Source: a bacterium
GTDB lineage: Bacteria > RBG-13-61-14 > DATKZS01
Length of the DNA: 62,803 bases
NCBI GenBank assembly: GCA_046484135.1
Contig: JAWOBU010000067.1
Coordinates: 1 to 62,803 of the forward strand
Direction of reading: 5' to 3'
The position numbers and the translations under genes were made by a program. The notes under the pieces were generated by a model. It was given only the letters and a program-made list of their open reading frames with translations. It was not told the DNA's origin and searched no databases. This document shows positions 44,419 to 54,331 of the stretch, one piece after another (position 1 is the first letter of the stretch; each line of letters begins with the position of its first letter).

Positions 44419-46905
44419 ATGCAGGAGATAGGCAAGAAGGTAGACGTAAACATCGAAAACGAGCTCAAGTCCAGCTACCTGGACTACGCCATGAGCGTGA
44501 TCATCGGCCGGGCCCTGCCCGACGTGCGGGACGGCCTCAAACCCGTCCACCGGCGCATCCTCTACGCCATGTACCGGGAGAACATCCTTCCCAACAAGCG
44601 CTACTCCAAGTGCGCCGGCGTGGTGGGCGAAGTGCTGAAAAAGTATCATCCCCACGGAGACTCCGCGGTCTACGACACCCTGGTCAGAATGGCCCAGGGC
44701 TGGGTCATGCGATACCCCCTGATTGACGGGCAGGGAAACTTCGGATCAATTGACGGAGACGCGGCCGCGGCCTACCGCTACACCGAGTGCCGGCTGGCCG
44801 GCATAAGCCTCGACCTCCTCGCCGACATTGACAAGGAGACCGTGGACTTCGAACCCAACTTCGACGGCAACACCATGGAGCCGCACGTGCTGCCCACCCG
44901 GGTGCCCAACCTGCTGGTAAACGGAAGCGGCGGAATCGCGGTGGGGATGGCCACCAATGTTCCGCCTCACAACCTGGGCGAGGTGGTGGACGCCCTCACC
45001 ATGTTGATAGACGACCCGGAAACCAGCACCTCCAAGATCATGAAGAAGCTGCCCGGACCCGACTTCCCCACCGGAGGGTTCATCCACGGCAGGGAAGGCA
45101 TAAAAGAAGCCTACGAGACCGGCAAAGGCATCGTGCACATGCGGGGTAAGGTGAGCGTGGAGACCAATCCGCGCACCAAAAAGCAGGCACTCATCGTTAC
45201 CGAAATCCCCTACCAGATCACCAAGACCAGGATCGTGGAAAAGATAGCGGAGATGGTGAACAACAAGAAGCTCGAGGGGATCTCCGACCTGCGCGACGAG
45301 TCCGACCGGGACGGAATGAGGATCGTGATCGAGCTTAAAAAGGACGCCAACCCGGCAGTGGTCAGAAACCAGCTTTATAAGCATACCCCCCTCCAGGACA
45401 GCTTCGGCATCAACATGCTGGCCATTGTGGACGGAAGGCCCGAGCTGCTTTCTTTAAAACAGACCCTGGAGCTTTTCATCAAGCACCGGAGGGAAGTAGT
45501 TACCAAGCGGTCCATCTACGAGCTGCGCCAAGCGGAAAAACGAGAGCACATCCTGCTCGGGTTCAAAAAGGCGCTCGATCATTTGGACGAGGTCATCAAG
45601 ATCATCCGGGGGGCCAAGACCCCTGCGGACGCCAAGGCCGAGCTTATCCAGAGCTTCGAGTTCTCCGATCCCCAGGCCCAGGCCATCCTGGAGATGAGGC
45701 TGCAAAGACTCACCGGGATGGAAAGGCAGAAGATACTGGACGAGCTCAAGCAGGTACAGGAGACCATCAAGGAGCTAAAGGAGATACTGGCGTCGGAAGA
45801 GAAAATACTGGGGGTCGTCCGGGAAGAGCTGCAAGAGATCAAGAAGAAGTATGCTGACGAGCGCCGGACCGAGATAGTGGGCAAGGCCGAGGAGATCAGC
45901 GTGGAAGACCTTATCACCGAAGAGGACATGGTGGTTACGGTCTCGCACCGGGGCTACATTAAGAGGAACCCCATCTCGCTGTACCGGGCCCAGAAGCGGG
46001 GCGGCCGTGGGGCCACCGGCATGGCCACGCGGGAGGAGGACTTTGTCAAGTACCTGGCGGTGGCCAGCACCCACGCCAATATCCTCTTTTTCACCAACAA
46101 GGGCAAGGTCTACTGCAAAAAGGTCCACGAGCTGCCCCAGGCCGGAAGGGCGGCCAAGGGAAAGGCGATCGTGAACCTTATTCCCGTCGAGTCGGACGAA
46201 AGGCTCCAGGCCACACTTATCATAAAGGACTTTGAACAGGGCCAGAACATAATAACGGCCACCAGGAACGGTCTGGTCAAAAAAACCGATGTCATGGCTT
46301 ACAGCAACATCCGCTCCTGCGGGCTGATTGGCGTGCACATCGAGGATGATGATGACCTGGTGGCGGTGCGGCTGGTGTCGGACGACCAGGAGATACTGTT
46401 GAGCTCGAGGCACGGAAAGTCCGTCCGGTTCAAAAGCGACGCAGTCCGGTCCATGGGACGCGGCACCCGGGGCGTAAAAGGCATGCACCTGGCCTCCGGA
46501 GACCGGGTGGTGAACATGGAAGTGCTCTCTCCCCAGACCGAAGCCACTCTTCTGACAGTTACCGAAAACGGGTATGGCAAGCGGACCAGGATAAACGAGT
46601 ATCCTGTCCGGAACCGCGGCGGCCAGGGGGTCATTACCATCAAGACCACGGAAAGAAACGGCTACGTGGTCGAGTCCTACCAGGTAACCGACGAGGACGA
46701 CCTCATGATCATAACCAACGGAGGAAAGATCATCAGGCTGAACGTGGCCGACATCTCCGTGATCGGAAGAAACACCCAGGGAGTCAGGTTGATCCACATG
46801 GCGGAAGGGGAAAAGGTCTCCGCGGTGTGCAGGCTCATGGAAAAAGAAGACCAGTCGGAAAACGAGCAGGAAGGGGAGCCCGGCGAGCCGGAAAACCAGG
46901 AGTAA
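44419..46905 (+). CDS. gyrA: DNA gyrase subunit A
   Basis: ..SYLDYAMSVIIGRALPDVRDGLKPVHRRILYAM.., HPHGDSAVYDTLVRMAQ, and a beta-pinwheel C-terminal domain with an acidic tail. Confidence 0.97.
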   Translation: MQEIGKKVDVNIENELKSSYLDYAMSVIIGRALPDVRDGLKPVHRRILYAMYRENILPNKRYSKCAGVVGEVLKKYHPHGDSAVYDTLVRMAQGWVMRYPLIDGQGNFGSIDGDAAAAYRYTECRLAGISLDLLADIDKETVDFEPNFDGNTMEPHVLPTRVPNLLVNGSGGIAVGMATNVPPHNLGEVVDALTMLIDDPETSTSKIMKKLPGPDFPTGGFIHGREGIKEAYETGKGIVHMRGKVSVETNPRTKKQALIVTEIPYQITKTRIVEKIAEMVNNKKLEGISDLRDESDRDGMRIVIELKKDANPAVVRNQLYKHTPLQDSFGINMLAIVDGRPELLSLKQTLELFIKHRREVVTKRSIYELRQAEKREHILLGFKKALDHLDEVIKIIRGAKTPADAKAELIQSFEFSDPQAQAILEMRLQRLTGMERQKILDELKQVQETIKELKEILASEEKILGVVREELQEIKKKYADERRTEIVGKAEEISVEDLITEEDMVVTVSHRGYIKRNPISLYRAQKRGGRGATGMATREEDFVKYLAVASTHANILFFTNKGKVYCKKVHELPQAGRAAKGKAIVNLIPVESDERLQATLIIKDFEQGQNIITATRNGLVKKTDVMAYSNIRSCGLIGVHIEDDDDLVAVRLVSDDQEILLSSRHGKSVRFKSDAVRSMGRGTRGVKGMHLASGDRVVNMEVLSPQTEATLLTVTENGYGKRTRINEYPVRNRGGQGVITIKTTERNGYVVESYQVTDEDDLMIITNGGKIIRLNVADISVIGRNTQGVRLIHMAEGEKVSAVCRLMEKEDQSENEQEGEPGEPENQE

Positions 46906-47006
46906 CCCGGTCAAACCGCACCAAATGGATATAAGTATTGGAGTCCCCTCTGCGCCTGAGCGCCTTTGCGTGAGATAAAAAGCTTACGGGCAGCAAAAGA
47001 GATAAA

Positions 47007-48437
47007 ATGTCTTCACCGCCTGTATACCTTGTAACCCAGGGAAGCCTTTCGGAAGCGACCTGGAAAAACGAGCCGCCCCCCATAGGCGTGCTCTACATCG
47101 GCGCGGCGCTGAAGAAAGCCGGCTACCGGGTCAGGCTCTTCCATCTCCAGGAAGACCGGATGAACCCCGTAAAAAAAGCGGTCCAAGAGGAAAAGCCCCT
47201 CCTGGTCGGGTTTTCCAACTTTGTCTCTCCCCTTCTGAAATACGACATCGAGCTCTCCAGGTGGCTCCAAACCCAGGGGGTCAAGGTGGTTTGGGGAGGA
47301 GTGTTCGCGACCTCTCTGCCCCGCATACCCCTCCAGTCCGGACTGGTGGACTACGTGGCAATAGGAGAAGGAGAGAAGCTCATAGTGGAGCTCGCCCGCG
47401 CCGTCCGGGAAGGCTCCGACCCGGAAGGAATACCGGGCGTCGGCTATTGCAAAGACGAAGAGATAGTGATAAACCCGCCCGCACCCCCGGACAGCGACAT
47501 TGACAAGTTCGAGTTCGGAATGGACATGATTGACTGGGAAAAGTACATCCTCAAGCTGGAAGGGGGAGAGAGGTACGCCCGCATCCCCTTCTCCCGCGGC
47601 TGCCCGTTTCGCTGCTCGTTCTGCTACAATTGCGCCGATCCGGGCCGGCAGAAGTGGAGGGGCCACGGCCCTGAGTACATGAAGGACATGATCTCTTTTC
47701 TAAAGGAAAAATACCGGGCAGACCTTTTCTTTTTCGTCTGTGACAACCCGTTTGGAAAAGTGGAAAAAGGCAAGGAAGTGATAGAAAGTCTCGGCGTGAC
47801 CTGGGCCGGGACCTGCCATCTCAAGACCCTGTCACCCGATTTTATAGACTGGGCGCTGGAGACCGGATGCAGGCGGCTGGGTCTGGGCCTCGAGTCTGGC
47901 TCGGACCGGATACTTTCCGCCATGAACAAAGGCTTTACAAAAAACGAGGTCCGGGAACGCATGGGGTGGTGCCGGGACAAAGGCCTTAACACCATCTCCA
48001 ACTGGATGGCCATGGTCCCGGGCGAGACCACGGAAGACCTGCAAGAAACTTTCCGGCTCATGGCGGAACTTCACGAGACAAGCCCCCGAAACTCCCTGAC
48101 CTTTTCCATCTTCCGCGCCTATCCCGGCACCCGCTTTTTTGAAGAGGCTTTGCAACTGGGACACTACGAGCCGAAGAACCTGGAAGAATGGGCGGACTAT
48201 AAAGCCGAGATCAACCGCCTGCTGGGTTTCAGCGACCGGAAGGTGAACAGAATGCAACTGCTGGCTTCGGGGCTCTTCCGCAAACCTGCCGGCCGGAACC
48301 CGCGATGGAGCCGGCCCTTGCGAAGAGTGCTGACAAAAAGGTTGACCCGCGCCCGCTTCAGAGGGCCTCTGGAAGATTCTTTCCAGGCAAGCATACGCGT
48401 TTACAGAAAGATGAAAAACGCGGCCGGACGAACCTGA
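47007..48437 (+). CDS. B12-binding-domain radical SAM protein (class B)
   Basis: N-terminal Rossmann-like cobalamin domain (IGVLYIGAALKKAGYRVRLFHL..VVWGGVFAT) and radical SAM cluster motif FSRGCPFRCSFC. Confidence 0.85.
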   Translation: MSSPPVYLVTQGSLSEATWKNEPPPIGVLYIGAALKKAGYRVRLFHLQEDRMNPVKKAVQEEKPLLVGFSNFVSPLLKYDIELSRWLQTQGVKVVWGGVFATSLPRIPLQSGLVDYVAIGEGEKLIVELARAVREGSDPEGIPGVGYCKDEEIVINPPAPPDSDIDKFEFGMDMIDWEKYILKLEGGERYARIPFSRGCPFRCSFCYNCADPGRQKWRGHGPEYMKDMISFLKEKYRADLFFFVCDNPFGKVEKGKEVIESLGVTWAGTCHLKTLSPDFIDWALETGCRRLGLGLESGSDRILSAMNKGFTKNEVRERMGWCRDKGLNTISNWMAMVPGETTEDLQETFRLMAELHETSPRNSLTFSIFRAYPGTRFFEEALQLGHYEPKNLEEWADYKAEINRLLGFSDRKVNRMQLLASGLFRKPAGRNPRWSRPLRRVLTKRLTRARFRGPLEDSFQASIRVYRKMKNAAGRT

Positions 48438-48442
48438 CCCCC

Positions 48443-49216
48443 CTACCCTTTTAGCTCCTCCTCCAGCCGGTCGGCTATCGGCTCAATAAAGCTCATATCC
48501 TCCGGGGAAAGCTCGAACAAGGAGCTGCCGCGCATGTCCGCGTCCCGGATCGCAGTGGAAAGCGGAATGTGCCCCAGCAGGTTGTAATCCTTAAGCTCGG
48601 AACGCAGAAACTCGATGTCCGCGTCTCCCTGCACCTTGGAGCCGACCACCCCCACCTTCCTGATGCCAAGCTCGCCGGCCATACGCTTAATGGCGGACGC
48701 AGTCTCCAGGGACCTTTTGCCCGGCTCCACCACCACGATCATCATGTCCACTCCCAGGGCCGTGCCCCTGCCCAGGTGCTCGAGACCGGCCTCCATGTCA
48801 AGGATAAGCGCGTCCTTCTCGTTCAGAAAAAGATGGGTCAGCAAAGCCTTCAAAAGACTGGACTCCGGGCAGATACATCCCGATCCCGCGGACTTCACCG
48901 TGCCCAGGACCATGAGCTTTACTCCGTCGTGGGATATGGCCAGCTTCGCAGGCAGGTCGTTGACCGTAGGGTTCAGCTTGAAAAAGCCGCCCATGCTGCC
49001 CGGCTCCGCTCCCGTCCGCTCGAAGATGAGCTCCCGCATCTCGGCCACCGGCACTATCTCTTCCGCACGGGGCACTCCCAGGGCACCCGCCAGGTTGGCG
49101 TCCGGGTCAGCGTCAACCATGAGTGCGGAGTAGCCGCGGTCCCGAAGTGTGCGTCCCAGAAGCGCCGCCAGCGTGGTCTTGCCCACGCCTCCCTTGCCGG
49201 TTATGGCTATCTTCAT
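48443..49216 (-). CDS. CooC/AcsF-type MinD-family metal-insertion ATPase
   Basis: Deviant Walker A ITGKGGVGKTT. CxC metal motif GSGCICPE. LDMEAGLEHLGRGT block typical of CooC. Confidence 0.8.
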   Translation of the reverse strand: MKIAITGKGGVGKTTLAALLGRTLRDRGYSALMVDADPDANLAGALGVPRAEEIVPVAEMRELIFERTGAEPGSMGGFFKLNPTVNDLPAKLAISHDGVKLMVLGTVKSAGSGCICPESSLLKALLTHLFLNEKDALILDMEAGLEHLGRGTALGVDMMIVVVEPGKRSLETASAIKRMAGELGIRKVGVVGSKVQGDADIEFLRSELKDYNLLGHIPLSTAIRDADMRGSSLFELSPEDMSFIEPIADRLEEELKG

Positions 49217-49228
49217 TAATCGCTCCTT

Positions 49229-51007
49229 TCAAGAGCCGGCATCTCGAAGTTTAGTGGCAAGTGGAAGATTGTCCCACGACGGGCCTTCATGATATATCAT
49301 GATCTCCATCCAAAGCTCGAGGCAGACCCGCATGTAACTCTTCCGGTCGAACTCGCCCCGGTCGCCGGCATAGTCCCATGCCGCGTTCAGAAAGTTGGCC
49401 TCGTACCTCTCCCGGAAGCGGCTCTGGCGAACCTCCGCCCACTTCTTGAGCTCCTTTCTGAACCAGCGACCCGCAGGCACCGCCAGGCCCATCTTGTCCT
49501 TTCTTTCCAGCACGTAATCGGGGGCGATCCCCTGCATGGCCTTGCGCAGGATGTTCTTGCCCGTAAATCCCTCCACCTTCAACTCGGGCGGAAGCTGGAA
49601 CGCGAACTCGATGATCCGGTGGTCCAGGAAAGGGTTCCGGTTTTCGATTCCAAAAGCGGCGGTGGCCCGGTCGTCCAGGGCCAGCACCGTGGGCAGTGCG
49701 ATGTGAATGTCGGTGTATGCCATCTTGTCCGTCAAGTTCCGGTGCCGGGAGAAAAGCTCCCGCACCCGGCCCCGGCACTTGCGGTCCTTGCCCGGTCCGC
49801 GGTTGAGAAGGTCGTAGTAGCGGTCCGCGGGCTCCCCGAACATCTGGGGATGCCAGAAGTAGCGGGCCAGCGGAAGATAGTGCTGCATAACCGGCTCCCG
49901 CCCGATGCGGTCTTCAGCCAGCATCATGAGGTACCGGACGTGCCCGCCGAAAAGCTCGTCCGCCCCCTGCCCGATAAGCACCGACTTTATGCCCTCCTCC
50001 GCGGCCTTCCCGGAGGCCATGAAAGCTGCCAGGCTGGAAAGACTCCCTACTGGCTGGTCAAGGTGCCAGATCATGCCGGGCAGGTACTCCCGGAGGTCCC
50101 GCGGCTTGGGTTGTATCACCTGAAGCTTTATGTCCAGGTCATCAGCAACCCGCCGGGCCACTGAAAGCTCGTCGTATGGCTCGCCCGTCTCTGGAAAGCT
50201 CACGGTAAAAGCCTGCTCGGTCCGGGCCAGGCTGGCGATAATCACCGAGTCCATGCCGCCGGAAAGGAAAACACCCGACGGATAATCGCCTTGCAGGCGA
50301 AGGCGCACCGAATCTTGCAAAAGCCACCGCAACTCCTCGATGTAGTCGCTCTCCTTGCGGTAAGGACCGTCATAAACCGGGACCTCCCACCAGGCCCGGA
50401 CCTTTAAGTCCTTGCCGTCGAAGGTTAAATAAGTGCCGGGCATAAGCTCCCGGATGTTCGCAAACAGGGTGTCCGTAAAAAGGGGGGCCTCGAAGTCCCG
50501 GAACTCGTCCGTAAAACGCGGCTTGGCTGAGATGTCGGTAATAAGGCTTTTTATCTCCGATGCGAAAAGAAGACGGCCGCCCCGCTGGTAATAATAAAGC
50601 GGCTTTTCGCCCATCCGGTCGCGGGCAAGATACAGGTGCTTGCCGTCCCACACGGCCAGCGCAAACTGGCCGTTGAAGCGGGAAAGGCAGTCCGGTCCCC
50701 ACTCCTCCCAGGCGTGAAGGGCCACCTCGGTGTCGGTGCCGGTCTCGAAACGGTGCCCGGAAGACTCGAGATCCTTTTTTAAATCGGCATAGTTAAAGAT
50801 GTCCCCGTCCAAGAGAATCCAAAGCTTCTGCGAGCGGTTGGTCATGGGCTGGTGCCCGCCTTGCAGGTCAACCACCGCCAGCCTGCGGCAGCCGAGCTGA
50901 ACCGGCCCTTCAATGTAAAAACCCATGTCGTCCGGGCCCCGGTGGGAAAGCACCCGGGTCATCTCCTCGATATCGCCCTTGCCGAATATGCCGCAGATTC
51001 CACTCAT
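49229..51007 (-). CDS. Asparagine synthase (glutamine-hydrolysing)-family amidotransferase
   Basis: Ntn glutaminase domain (..ICGIFG.., HRGPD, NGEIYN-like DGDIFNY) and a PP-loop synthetase domain (VFLSGGMDS). Confidence 0.85.
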   Translation of the reverse strand: MSGICGIFGKGDIEEMTRVLSHRGPDDMGFYIEGPVQLGCRRLAVVDLQGGHQPMTNRSQKLWILLDGDIFNYADLKKDLESSGHRFETGTDTEVALHAWEEWGPDCLSRFNGQFALAVWDGKHLYLARDRMGEKPLYYYQRGGRLLFASEIKSLITDISAKPRFTDEFRDFEAPLFTDTLFANIRELMPGTYLTFDGKDLKVRAWWEVPVYDGPYRKESDYIEELRWLLQDSVRLRLQGDYPSGVFLSGGMDSVIIASLARTEQAFTVSFPETGEPYDELSVARRVADDLDIKLQVIQPKPRDLREYLPGMIWHLDQPVGSLSSLAAFMASGKAAEEGIKSVLIGQGADELFGGHVRYLMMLAEDRIGREPVMQHYLPLARYFWHPQMFGEPADRYYDLLNRGPGKDRKCRGRVRELFSRHRNLTDKMAYTDIHIALPTVLALDDRATAAFGIENRNPFLDHRIIEFAFQLPPELKVEGFTGKNILRKAMQGIAPDYVLERKDKMGLAVPAGRWFRKELKKWAEVRQSRFRERYEANFLNAAWDYAGDRGEFDRKSYMRVCLELWMEIMIYHEGPSWDNLPLATKLRDAGS

Positions 51008-51086
51008 GATCGAAACGCTTTGTATAAAAATTTGAACGCCCGGAAGCGCCGTTTATTAAAATAACTCAACAATCAAGATTTGCCAC

Positions 51087-52136
51087 TTACCAGAATATCC
51101 CCAGCACCAGGCCGGCCACCAGCCAGCCGCCTGCGACCCGGACCCACCATACTCCCCAGGCCACGTACCAGAGGGGCCACAATGGAAAGGTGTCCGCGTC
51201 GGCCCGAACGTCGAGCTTGTCTTTCAGATCAGCAGGGACCACGTCCTCCGCCCGTGCAAAAGCCTCCACCGGAGAAGCGGGCACGGACTCATTCAACACG
51301 CTTATAAAGCGGGCCGCCCGCGGCAGGGACACCAGCGCCAGTATGGCCGGCCAGGGCATCCATCCCTTCACCACCAGCGCCGTAATAATGATATAAAAGC
51401 CGAACACCAGAAGCTGAGTGGAGCTCCTGCCCTTTTGATCCCCCAACACCACCGGCAGGGTCTTGACCCCCTTGGCCCGGTCCTTGTCCGCTTTGTCAAG
51501 ATGCTTGCCCATGAGCACCGAGGTAACCCCGATCCCGTAAGGCGCCGAGGCCGCGAGCACGGCCCAGGAAAGAGTGCCGGCCATGACGTAGTAAGTGCCG
51601 CAGATCATGAGCGGTCCCCAGATGAGAAAGATGGCCGGCTCGCCCAGGCCCCGGTGCTTGAGCTTCAAAGGAGGGGCCACGTAAAACACGCTCGTCAAAA
51701 GACCGGCCACGGCAAAAGCCAAAACCGGCCAGCCCGCTACAGCGGTAAGGTAGACGGCGATCGCCAGACAAACCAGGTTGCAGACCATGATGGCGATAAC
51801 CAGGCTCCTTTTTGTCACCATATTGTCCAGGATCGGGTGGGGAGCATAGTTGGCCCGCGGGTAGTCCTCCGTATCAACCCCCCCCAGCACGTCGAAAAGG
51901 TCGTTCACCATGTTGTTCGAGGCATGGGCCAGGACAAGCCCGACAAGCACCAGAACAAACAAGCCCGGCCGGAAGTGCCCGGCTGCAAGTGCCAGGAGCC
52001 CGCCGATAAGACCCGAGATAAGGGTCATGGAAAACACGCACGAGCGGCTGATCAAAAGCCACTTGCCCACCGGGTCAACCCTGGCCGGGTCCTCGACGTT
52101 GCAGGTCCGGACCGCGTAAATCCAGTCTTTAAACAT
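51087..52136 (-). CDS. UbiA-superfamily (MenA-like) prenyltransferase
   Basis: Start ATG 52136 (MFKDWIY.., GGAGGAAAAACC upstream). Aspartate-rich motif NNMVNDLFDVLGGVD. About 8-9 TM helices. Confidence 0.75.
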   Translation of the reverse strand: MFKDWIYAVRTCNVEDPARVDPVGKWLLISRSCVFSMTLISGLIGGLLALAAGHFRPGLFVLVLVGLVLAHASNNMVNDLFDVLGGVDTEDYPRANYAPHPILDNMVTKRSLVIAIMVCNLVCLAIAVYLTAVAGWPVLAFAVAGLLTSVFYVAPPLKLKHRGLGEPAIFLIWGPLMICGTYYVMAGTLSWAVLAASAPYGIGVTSVLMGKHLDKADKDRAKGVKTLPVVLGDQKGRSSTQLLVFGFYIIITALVVKGWMPWPAILALVSLPRAARFISVLNESVPASPVEAFARAEDVVPADLKDKLDVRADADTFPLWPLWYVAWGVWWVRVAGGWLVAGLVLGIFW

Positions 52137-52290
52137 GGTTTTTCCTCCGCAAGTTATTGTGCCACCCCTCGGCCGGGCTGACAAACCGGAAAAATCTTCT
52201 TCCGCTCAAACCTTGCAAACCCACGGCCAAACTGGTTATTCTCTGTTAAGGTATCCTGTTGTCAACAAACTTGAAGGAGGAATGTGCCAA

Positions 52291-53364
52291 ATGAAAAAGC
52301 CCATAGTCTACCTGGCCCGGCTTAAAGACGGCAGCAGCAACGAAGCCCAGACCCGGGCGGCCCGGAAGGTGATCCACGCCACCGGCTTTCTCGACCGCCT
52401 GGACCAACTGGACATGACCGCCATCAAGGTCCACGTGGGGGAGAAGAGAAACGTAACCTATATGCGGCCGGAGATCGTGGCCGCGGTGGCAAGGATGGTT
52501 AAAAAGTCCGGCGGCATGCCGTTTATAACCGACACCGCCACCCTCTACAAGGGAGAGCGGGAAAACGGCATCAAGCACATCCTGCACGCCCACGCCCACG
52601 GCTTTACTATTGACGATATCGGCGCGCCTTTCATCCCGGTGGACGGCCTGGCGGGCGAGCAGGAGACCGAGGTTACCATAAACGGCGAGCTTAACGAGAG
52701 CGTAAAGGTGGCGGCCGAGATTCTAAAAGCCGACTTCCTGGCGGTCATAAGCCACGCCACCGGGCACGTGGCCTCCTGCATGGGAGCGGCCATTAAGAAC
52801 GTGGGAATGGGACTGGCCTCCCGAGCCGGCAAGATGCGACAGCACAGCACCATGACCCCCCGGATCAAGCCGGAAGTATGCACCAACTGCGGCAAGTGCA
52901 GAAAGTGGTGCCCCACCGACGCCATCGAGGAGAGGGAAAGCGTCTCCTACATCATAGAAGAAAAATGCATAGGCTGCGGCGAGTGCCTGGCTGTGTGCCG
53001 GTTCGGCGCGGTCAGCTTCAACTGGGGGGTCGAATCCCCCACTCTGCAGAAAGCCATGGCCGAACACGCCGCGGGTGTCGTCCGCAACTTCAATGACAAA
53101 GCAGTGTACATGAACGTGATAGTTGACGTTACCAAGGACTGCGACTGTATAAACAAGAAGCAGTCAAAGGACATGCCGGACGTGGGCATCGTGGCCTCGA
53201 ACGACATGGTGGCCATTGACCAGGCCACTATTGACCTTACGGCAGGCTCTTCCGACAAGGACGCGTTCTCATCCTTTTACCCGGAGCTCGACCCCGCCAT
53301 CCAGGTAGAACACGCCCGGAAGCTCGGGCTGGGCTCCCGGGACTACAAGCTGGAAACGGTGTAA
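52291..53364 (+). CDS. DUF362-domain protein with a 2x[4Fe-4S] ferredoxin insert
   Basis: Start ATG 52291 (GAAGGAGGA 11 nt upstream). ..KVHVGEKRNVTYMRPEIV.. Ferredoxin motifs CTNCGKCRKWCP and CIGCGECLAVC. Confidence 0.65.
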   Translation: MKKPIVYLARLKDGSSNEAQTRAARKVIHATGFLDRLDQLDMTAIKVHVGEKRNVTYMRPEIVAAVARMVKKSGGMPFITDTATLYKGERENGIKHILHAHAHGFTIDDIGAPFIPVDGLAGEQETEVTINGELNESVKVAAEILKADFLAVISHATGHVASCMGAAIKNVGMGLASRAGKMRQHSTMTPRIKPEVCTNCGKCRKWCPTDAIEERESVSYIIEEKCIGCGECLAVCRFGAVSFNWGVESPTLQKAMAEHAAGVVRNFNDKAVYMNVIVDVTKDCDCINKKQSKDMPDVGIVASNDMVAIDQATIDLTAGSSDKDAFSSFYPELDPAIQVEHARKLGLGSRDYKLETV

Positions 53365-53435
53365 AAGCTTGTCCGCCCTTCCCTTTTCTGTCATAATTTT
53401 TCATTCAAACTCTCTGAGAGCCTAAAGGAGGGCGC

Positions 53436-54305
53436 ATGAGCATACTGGTTGATAAAAAGACCCGGGTGGTGGTGCAGGGACTGACCGGCCGGGAGGGCAA
53501 GTTTCACGCCGAGAAGTGCATGGGTTACGGCACCCACGTGGTGGCCGGAGTGACGCCCGGCAAGGGCGGGGACAACGTGCTCGGTGTTCCGGTATACGAC
53601 TCGGTGGAAGAGTCGGCAAATGAAGCGGGGGCCAACTGCTCGCTGATCTTCGTTCCCGCCAAGGGAGCCGCGGACGCTGTGGCCGAGGCTGCTGCCGCGG
53701 AAGTTAAGGTCGTGGTCTGCATCACCGAGGGGATTCCGCCCCGCGACATGCTCCCGGTGTATCATTACTTAAAACATACCGACTGCAAGCTTATCGGTCC
53801 CAACTGCCCCGGGGTGATCTCGCCCGGCAAAGCCAAGGTGGGTATCATGCCCGCGGACATTCACATGAAGGGAAACGTAGGCGTGGTGTCGCGTTCCGGG
53901 ACCCTGACCTACGAGGTGGTCTACCAGTTGACAAAACTGGGCATGGGACAGAGCACCTGCGTGGGCATCGGCGGCGACCCCATCGTGGGCATGAGCTTCA
54001 TAGACGTGCTGAAGCTCTTCAACAAGGACAAGCAGACCGAAGGAGTGGTCCTGGTGGGCGAGATCGGCGGCCAGGCGGAAGAGGAGGCAGCGGAGTACAT
54101 TCAATCGGAGTTCAAAAAGCCGGTGGCCGCTTTTATCGCGGGAGCGACCGCTCCGCCCGGCCGGAGGATGGGACACGCCGGCGCCATCATCATGGGAGGA
54201 CGCGGCACCGCCCGCGACAAGATGAACGCCCTGAAAAGCGCCAACGTAAACGTTGCCACCACCCCCGCGGCCATCGGAGAAGCCATGCAGGAGATGATGG
54301 CATAA
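53436..54305 (+). CDS. sucD: Succinate--CoA ligase alpha subunit
   Basis: [24 protein letters not shown].., ..[11 protein letters not shown].., SRSGTLTYE, and the phosphohistidine loop MGHAGAII. Confidence 0.92.
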   Translation: MSILVDKKTRVVVQGLTGREGKFHAEKCMGYGTHVVAGVTPGKGGDNVLGVPVYDSVEESANEAGANCSLIFVPAKGAADAVAEAAAAEVKVVVCITEGIPPRDMLPVYHYLKHTDCKLIGPNCPGVISPGKAKVGIMPADIHMKGNVGVVSRSGTLTYEVVYQLTKLGMGQSTCVGIGGDPIVGMSFIDVLKLFNKDKQTEGVVLVGEIGGQAEEEAAEYIQSEFKKPVAAFIAGATAPPGRRMGHAGAIIMGGRGTARDKMNALKSANVNVATTPAAIGEAMQEMMA

Positions 54306-54331
54306 GCACACTTTAAAACGGACAGACTGAA

